Shown: positions 56,701 through 64,000 of the stretch, one piece after another
How the letters are laid out: the number at the start of each line of letters is the position of its first letter
Numbering within the stretch: the first letter of the stretch is position 1
Source: Klebsormidium nitens
Taxonomy: Eukaryota; Plantae; Klebsormidiophyceae
Assembly: GCA_000708835.1 (NCBI GenBank)
Contig: DF237358.1
Location: 1-64,000 of the forward strand
DNA length: 64,000 bases
Direction: 5' to 3'
The notes under the pieces: generated by a model
What the model was told of the DNA's origin: nothing
Database searches by the model: none
What the model saw: only the letters and a program-made list of their open reading frames with translations
Translations under genes and position numbers: made by a program

Positions 56701-57972
56701 ACAAGTCAGCGCAGCTTTTGGAAAAAAGCGCATGCGTGCATTATGGGCAATGCAGCAGGCCATTCGCTCGCTACTTTACTATCCGTGTGGTATGTGGTGC
56801 ACTAGGCCACAACAAACAAATTTCTTGCGAAAGCGTCATGGTTCTCAATTCCACGCTCAAGTGCAACACTTGGCATCCCATGCTGTAAAAGCCAAGGAAA
56901 GAGAAAATGGACAAAACCTCCCACTGTCCAAACCATCTGAGAAATCACAGGCCCTCTCAAAATGTTAACGAGAAATTTCAAATCATCCTCCCCAGCTTCC
57001 AAACCAGATCTCTGAGGTTGAAAGACGGGGAACTTGCTCCAGTCTCTGGCCGAACACTCATATCTCATGATTCATCAGAGAAGGCGTGAATGTGTTTCTT
57101 GCTATGATCTGTCGGCTGGTTAATGCCTGGGAAAGCCCGCTGTCCCTTATCGTAGACTTCGGCCCCTCCCCAAGCCCTCTTTCTTCCCACCCAACTCTTG
57201 GAGACAACTTCACTTTCTCTTCTAGCATCATCACAGCAAGGATAGGTCCAAAATGCACAAAAGATTCAACGTTTGCTCATCTCTTCCCACCAGTTCAATG
57301 AGGCTTGAGCTCTTCAAACTCGCCCTGCTAGCCTGCATTGATGCCCCCACACAGGATCCTCCGTAGCTTTCCCTTCACATTAACCCGAAGCTCTTTGCTG
57401 ATAATTTACACTGCCAGAATATGCATCAGATCACGTTTCAAGAACGACAGCTTTTCTTACCTTGACCTTTTGGCTTGGATTGACGCCCCCAGCCCTTCCG
57501 CAGCCTCTGTCACTCCCAGTGACATCAGCATGGCCTCGTTCTTCGCCATTGTTTCTCTGCGCGCCCTCTCGTACTCTGTCAACTCCTCCCCATTCTCGTT
57601 CTTCGTCCGCTCATTCTCTGGCTCCTCAGAAACAGTCTCAGATTCAGGCACCTTGGACCCACTTTTCGACTTCGATATTTCGGACAAAGGCTCAGAGTTG
57701 GACACAGGCCCAGACTCACTTTCAGACACCTTGGAATTGTCCGGCGTTTGCAGCTGACTCTTCACACCCCTCAAGCTCCTGGTCGTTCGCACTGCACCGC
57801 CAGGTGGCGAAATGCCCACCGTCTGTTCATTGCCTGCCTTTTGGTCAGTAGGTTGATCCCCAGATAGGGGATCAGACTCTGCTTTTATCCGCTTGCTTCT
57901 TGTTGTCGTGCTCGTGTCAACGGCAAGATCCGCATGCTCTTTGCCCCGCTTGGATTGGCGGCGGGGAGCCAT
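50786..57972 (-). CDS. WDR76: WD40-repeat protein of the WDR76/CMR1 family
   Basis: N-terminal low-complexity region, then LTEYERARRETMAKNEAMLMSLG. WD repeats RIFAVAFFP...AGDKSGGLGIWD, YSCSFDGSLR, DAMAHIWDVRK, HYNNTGRWISSFRAVW; C-terminal GGVSGGKIHIWR. Confidence 0.88.
54420..54875 (-). repeat. Array of ~133 bp units, each an acceptor plus the 5' end of a WDR76 exon (real copy plus 3)
   Basis: Acceptor AG at 54468 (real), 54602, 54734 and ~54870 (decayed); shared core tcgcgcagcgtcagctt. Confidence 0.9.
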
Positions 57973-58815
57973 GATCCTTACAGACTCGCAATGCAAGAAG
58001 TTCCAATGAAAGTTAATAATGACCAGCTAATCTAAAGTTGTGCCACTTCGAAGTTATCTAATATGCGCATGCAATTGAAAGGGCCCACTCTCTCTGCTCC
58101 GATTGACCTTACCCAAAATGCACGCCTTCCTGACCAGAATGTGTAAGCGTAGAAAGCCCTGCAGACTCACTTCAATTCGTTTCCTCGTGCACCAAAAGCC
58201 AACGTGGCTAACAAAAGTGGGCCAGAAGCCTCAGAACCGCACGGTCTGACGAGCAGATTAGATTGCGCATTACCAAGTACTTTAGAAACTCAATCACTTC
58301 GCTGGAATTCTTCACAAGAGCGCGCTGTCTGATCCTGATTGCAGCAAAACATGTACAAACCTGCAAAACTTTGCAAGCTGCACTGCATGAGAGCTGCTTC
58401 TTGAAAGCTTATGGCGCGAAGGTGGAGCTCGCTGATTGGTTAAAAGTTCCTGCCTCTCGTCTTCCCACGTCACCTTCTTTGGGCAGTCATCGTTTCGGTG
58501 CTCGGGGGAGAGCGCCGGGAGGCGCGCTAATGCCAGCCAACCGATAATTGGGTGTCGCTCAGTGTAGTGTGACCGGTTGGCCCCCTTCACTGTCAGGCAG
58601 GGTACCGGGCCGGGTAATTCGCGGTTTTTGTCGGAGAACTCTGGAATTAGGGTTTTGGTGAAGCATATCCAGGCTGGTGGACTCGATTTTGAGGCCCCCA
58701 CAGCCTGCTCAGAAGAAGTGAAATCAGGCCCGCTTTGTGAAGCCTCAAGCAACGTGCTGGAGTGCTCTTGGCGTGCTTGGAAGAGAAGAGCTAGACCTCA
58801 GGGCAAATCGCAAGA
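57973..58815. promoter_or_regulatory. Divergent promoter region between WDR76 and SRT2, with telo-box and site II-like motif
   Basis: Head-to-head ATGs about 840 bp apart; TAGGGTTT at 58648-58655 and TGGGCC at 58218-58223. Confidence 0.5.
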
Positions 58816-61800
58816 ATGCTGTCCCCGCGCCTGGCCTCCGTAAGCCGACAGCTGTGCGGGGGCGGATTTCAGAGGTATTCAGAGCGTTGGGGACCAACGA
58901 AGACTGTGTCTCTTGAGGCAGTCTTGATTCAGCAGCGGCACCCGTTTGTGGAAAGGGAGGTAACCCGGATGTTAAGCAGGGGGTTTGCATGGCCAGCTAG
59001 TAACCCAGGATGTTTAACCCAGGTGCCACCGCAGGGGGTGTTGTGCTCGCATGCGTCAGCAAGCATTGCGCCCTCAGAAGGCCATCGTCACTTCCATTCT
59101 GCAGCTGACCACTCCAAAAGGCACTCTTTCGTCAGTTTCATTGATTGCCAACTCCTGCAAAGAAGCAGAACACATCATGTGTATTCGCTTCAGTCACATT
59201 TGCAATCAACGACACCGCCTACGTCATTTCCTCCATATGGCAGCACAATTAGGGCCCCCATTCCACTCGATTCCTGTCAACCACCCATGTATAACCCTTC
59301 CATAAACACTTCCTTTCAGAATTCAGCAACACCATTTCTGACCTCAGTCACTAGATCCTACGCTACTGGAAATGCCGAGCTGGAAATGCATGACGCCTCT
59401 GTCTCAGTCCGAACTCCTCACGGTGCCGGAACCGAGGGTTTAGCCGGAACCGATGGTTTGGCCTTTCAAACCCTGAAACGAGTAGACACTGATCAAGCTG
59501 CAAGTCAGTCTTCCGCCAACCCTTCAGCAGTGAAGGACGTTCTGTGGGGGAAAAACCAGCAGGCATTTACCCCCTCTGCGCCCCCCCCAACTGACGAAGA
59601 GATCCAGGCGTTGCATGATTTCATAGTAGAGAGCGAAAAGTTGTTGATAGTAACGGGAGCGGGGGTGAGTACTGAGAGCGGGATCCCGGATTATCGGAGC
59701 CCGACGGGCGCTTATAGCACGGGGTTCAAGCCCATGACGCACCAGGTGAGAGCATTCACTAGGATCATAGGCCTTGAAAGAAGTGCTTGGTGTCAAATTC
59801 GTCAGGAGGTCAAATATGTACTCTTTTGTTTGCGTATCTCCGTTGTTTCGCTGGTGATGTTAATAGTCGATTTTAGAGGCGGGCAAGCGGGGACACTGTG
59901 AATGCTGGCGTTGAGTCGTCCGTGGGTTATTCTGATCATTGGGTCTTCTTATCAGTCCCCTTACAGCCACTGTCGAATACAATTTTCTGCTTTCGCTCTG
60001 CCTTTCATAAGAGCTGCTTAAAACATTGGGAACAGATCATACTCGACTGCCGGACTCTAAATCCGACTTGAGCCGATCGGAAAGTTGGGCTCGGTGTACT
60101 CAAATTGTGCCATCAGATGAAGTGCCTCGAGATCTGCAACTGGTGCAAAATCTGCTTCGAATGCCAAGTTCTGCAACCACTAATCTCGAAACTCGGTCAC
60201 ACGGCCAGATTACTTTAACCAGTACTTATTGCAGCTGCTTTCATCGGTTTCGGAACCTGTTAACACACAGCGCCCACAGTATGTCGTCGAGCGGTGAAGG
60301 ATTTGTGAGCAATACATGTGGATACACATGGGCTGCCCTTGAAGTTTGGACTTTGTGGACTTCTTCTCAAGAATTTGTTGCCATCTTCTGTCGGGACTTC
60401 CGGACACGGAGCGGAGCAATGAACACGGTCAGCCGCAAGCCGTCAGCGCTGCTTGGAAGAAAGCTACGTCGTTACTGTTGATCTCCCCCTTGACTCCGCT
60501 TCACCGAGTAGACACATTGAATCTACGATTTTTTCTTGATTCCGGTTCAACGAGCTGTCACGTTGTATCTACGATTCCGTCTTCCTTCCAGCCGTGATAT
60601 GTCGATCCACCCCTGGCCAGAATGGCGCTGAGGCACGAATACTTGGTCCTGTTTGCGCTGACCTCTCAGCTCTTCAACGGACGCAGCTTTGTCTCTCAAA
60701 ACTCTCAACCCGAGTTTGACTTGACTTCTGTCTGTTATCAATCTTTTTGTGAGAGTCCCTTTTGGTCCCACCATCAGGCTAGACCTTACTCGAGTCGATC
60801 CCTCTTCTGAAATGTCGAAAGGTCTTTCCGCTTCCTCGTTCCGTTTCTATTGTACAAAACTCTGTCTGATCTGCCGTACGCAGCTTATTCTGGTTATCCC
60901 CTCTTCTGCAAACAATCGTCGCCTCAATTTTAAACCTCAAATACAATTCCTCAATATCTTTCCCGTTCGTCTGTTCTGCCGCCAGCCAACAACGCTTTTG
61001 GGCCTGGTCTTACTTTGACTGGTCCTCTGCGGATTCTCTTGGCGAATGCCGCCGATTTTGAGACAGGTAAACGCCTCTTATACAAGTCCATTTCCGTCGG
61101 GCAGGATTCCGTCCGTTCCGCTGCGAGCCGACAACCGCTACTGGGCACGACTACTTCGGCTGCCGCAGGCTGGCGCCGTTACCTTTTGACTTGATTCTCA
61201 AATGCCAACGCTGTTCTGAAGACCCCGCTTCCTTGAATCCGTTTCCGTTTTGCCGGCTTTCACCCGCGCTGGAATTAGCCGTCAGCATTCCATGGCTCGG
61301 CCCTGCTTCGGCTGGCGACATATTTTTGCCCTCTTTTTCGTTCATTTCTCTCCTCAGGAACCCATTCTTTTGACGATACGTCTGATCACATTCGTATCTT
61401 ATCGCACAGGAATTCGTTCGCTCTGCCACCAATCGCAAACGCTACAGGGCCCGGAGTCACTTCGGCTGGCACCGTTTCTTTGACCCCTTCGTCGAATGCC
61501 GGCAATCTGCCCGGATTCCGCTGCCTCATTCCGTTTCCGTTGTTGCAGAAGTTCGTCCGTTCCGCCGCGAGCCGTCAACGCTACAGGGCCCGGAGGTACT
61601 TCGGCTGGCACCGTTTCTTTCACTCTTTCGTTGAATGCCAGCCATCTGCCCGGATTCCGCTGTCTCATTCCGTTTCCGTTTTTGCAGGAATTCGTCCGTT
61701 CCGCCGCGAGCCGTCAACGCTACTGGGCCCGGAGCTACTTCGGGTGGCGCCGTTTCTTTGGGACTCAGCCCAACGAGACGCACCGCGCGCTGGCGACGCT

Positions 61801-63409
61801 GGAGGAACGGGGGCGGGTGCGTGGGGGTATGATAACGCAAAATGTTGACAGGTACATGTCTGAAAACGTTCTTGCCTTGAGATTTGTTTGAGGGCGTTTC
61901 GAACTGGGATTCCGAAGGTAAATGGAACCTCATTGTCAATTGCAGCTTGTAAGTTGCTTTTCCGTCTTCTCCCCGGTTCTCGTTTTGAAGACGGCGCAAC
62001 ATGAGTTAGGTGCCAATCCGGATGTTCTGGATTGCGCAAGGGCGTTGTGATTCAATGTATACTGGCCTGCGGTTGCGCTCTTTGTGGAGTCATTTGACGC
62101 TTCCGACGTCGATGGTTTATTTCCTTAAACATTTGGAGTCGGCTATTTGGACACAATTTTCAGCAGATCCGGTCCAAATGATCCTTGATTTTTTTCACCC
62201 TCTTCGTACCGCCTCCGCTGTTACATGATTCCACGTGGTCACAACAACGTCCCTTTGTTTGGTTGCTTTATCAAGGACGATCCGTTCCCTCCACGTCAGA
62301 AGAGGGTTTCTGTTTTTTAGTAGTTGGTCTCACCTACAACGGTTTTCTACCGTCTTCAATTGGCACAGAAACCGATTGAAGCATAGAATCTGTGCAGATT
62401 ACATCATGCGTGTGGCAGCAGTCCCTTGGAGCTCCACGGGACGACCCATCACGTCGTCTGCATGAACTGCCAGGACCTTACCGACCGACAAATGTTCCAA
62501 GTAAGGCACGGAGCATGTTCGGATTCAACTCTCAGCATCCTCGCAAATGGCCATCAAATGTCTCGCAATACGTTGGGAGAGAGCGAGGCTTTGCAGCCCC
62601 TCGTGAGTCTCTGCCCTCGCAAAGTCGCGGGTGTTCTGAAAAGTGCACACCATTGAGCAGTTCGGAATTCCTCAAAAGGAACTGCGAAACACTATGCTTG
62701 TTCCTCCGGTGAGTTCTTGTTGCGCTCCGTGAACATGGGTTCGTACGTTGCCCTGTCACTGCGCAGTCGCCGTGTTGCCTTTTAAAAGGGTCTTACGGGC
62801 CGTGATATAAGGAGCGACGCAATTCGAGCCGTTTCACAGTCGACTTTGGGGCAAAGTTGCAGCCAGCAATGTTTCTGTCGACGCTCGGAGACGCGTTCTA
62901 TCTGAGACCTCGAGACCGCTGCCCCGTTTAAGCAGCCATCTCCTCCGATTCTTTGCCGTTAGCCCCAACCATTACCCCCTGTCACCCCATGTTTGAAACC
63001 TGGTTTGGCCCCTGGGTTAGGGACGCTATTCACGAACTTCAAATTGTTCCGCATTTGAGTAACCAGGCAGGACTTTGTTATGTCTTTCCATTTGATCTCG
63101 TTGTAGCGCATCTTGTCCAGGAAAAGCTCGCAGCGATGAATCCCCAGTGGATCGACTCCATCGAAGCGGCGGAGCGAGGAGAGGACGTGTTGGCCGTTAC
63201 ATGCTTTCAACCTGTAGAGACGGTGCATGACTTCATTTCTGCCTTTATCCATTTTCCAGGAAAAGCTCGCAGCAACGAACCCTCAGTGGATCGACTCTAT
63301 CGAAGCGGCGGAGCGAGGAGAGGACGTGTTGGCCGGGACCCCCGGACTGCAACGGCCGGACGGGGATGTTGAGATTGGGGAGGAGTTTCTTCGAAAGGGG
63401 CTGTTTAAG
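58816..63409 (+). CDS. SRT2: Class II sirtuin (SIRT4/SRT2-like NAD-dependent deacylase), 3' part beyond the window
   Basis: Exons 58816-59745, 61688-~61851, ~62399-62510, 63260-63409. Motifs TGAGVSTESGIPDYRS, RQRYWARSYFGW, ITQNVD, LELHGT, VVCMNC, QRPDGDVE; long N-terminal presequence. Confidence 0.93.
60700..61780 (+). repeat. Array of ~139 bp units, each an acceptor plus the 5' end of SRT2 exon 2 (real copy plus at least 5 decayed)
   Basis: Unit starts at 61688 (real), 61549, 61410, 61272, 61105 and ~60965, with fainter traces near 60830. Confidence 0.9.
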
Positions 63410-64000
63410 GTGGGTCAAGTAGCACTCATGTAAGCTTGCAGGAATTCATCACAGCACTAATATATTATAGCATTATTCAAGCATTATTATCTGCTCTACA
63501 ATTCTGGAGATATTATTTGCGGGCTTCGTGTCCGTCCAGAATTCTCAGACGCTCCGTTGCGCGAGACTTGGACGAAGGTGTTTTTGGAAGGGGCTGTTCA
63601 AAGGAAGCTTTTAGCGGCAAGAATCGACGTGCGTAGCGCTTCGCTTTGCAAGAATCCATGACGCGGACGACACGCGTTGTGCTCAGCCATGCAGGAGTCC
63701 GCATGTGACGTTTGCGAATCTTCTACCTCGGGGCTTTGCAATATTTACGGGATGTTCCGACTTGGAGTTGTGTAAGCAAAAGTGTACAAATGACAGTAAA
63801 TGCACACAAATTTGTACGGAAATTCCGGATTCGGAATCTCGTGTACAACTTTGTACGCCCATATAAGCCCATAAGGTCAGAATTTGAACTCGTAAAAGCT
63901 GTTGGGCAAAGAGTTTTCTCCTTGATGTTGACTGCTTGTGCCAGCTTGCTTCATTTCTTGGAACTTCGACAATCAAAGCATCTGCGGAGATGCTCCAAAA

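Overview
Intron-rich eukaryotic nuclear DNA. GT/GC-AG splicing, the plant-type gene set and TTTTAGGG-like repeats suggest a streptophyte green alga, probably Klebsormidium (my inference). Host genes: cNMP-domain acyl-CoA thioesterase II (-), BK/Slo-type K+ channel (-), bifunctional HPPK-DHPS (+), UDP-rhamnose synthase RHM (+), WDR76/CMR1-like WD40 protein (-) and class II sirtuin SRT2 (+, runs off the window). The first ~7.6 kb is different. It encodes an ~860-aa DDE transposase whose motifs align by eye with the RAG1/Transib core (D388, D469, E769; Zn ligands C488/C491/H743/H748). A convergent Zn-finger-like partner gene faces it; it is not RAG2. Each gene has one in-frame TAG, and no TIRs were found. 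An orphan multi-pass membrane gene follows. Second recurring signal: at nine exon boundaries in four host genes, the exon end plus its splice site is tandemly duplicated into the neighbouring intron in 132-182 bp units, more decayed with distance. All homology calls are by eye from motifs recalled from memory; no searches were run.
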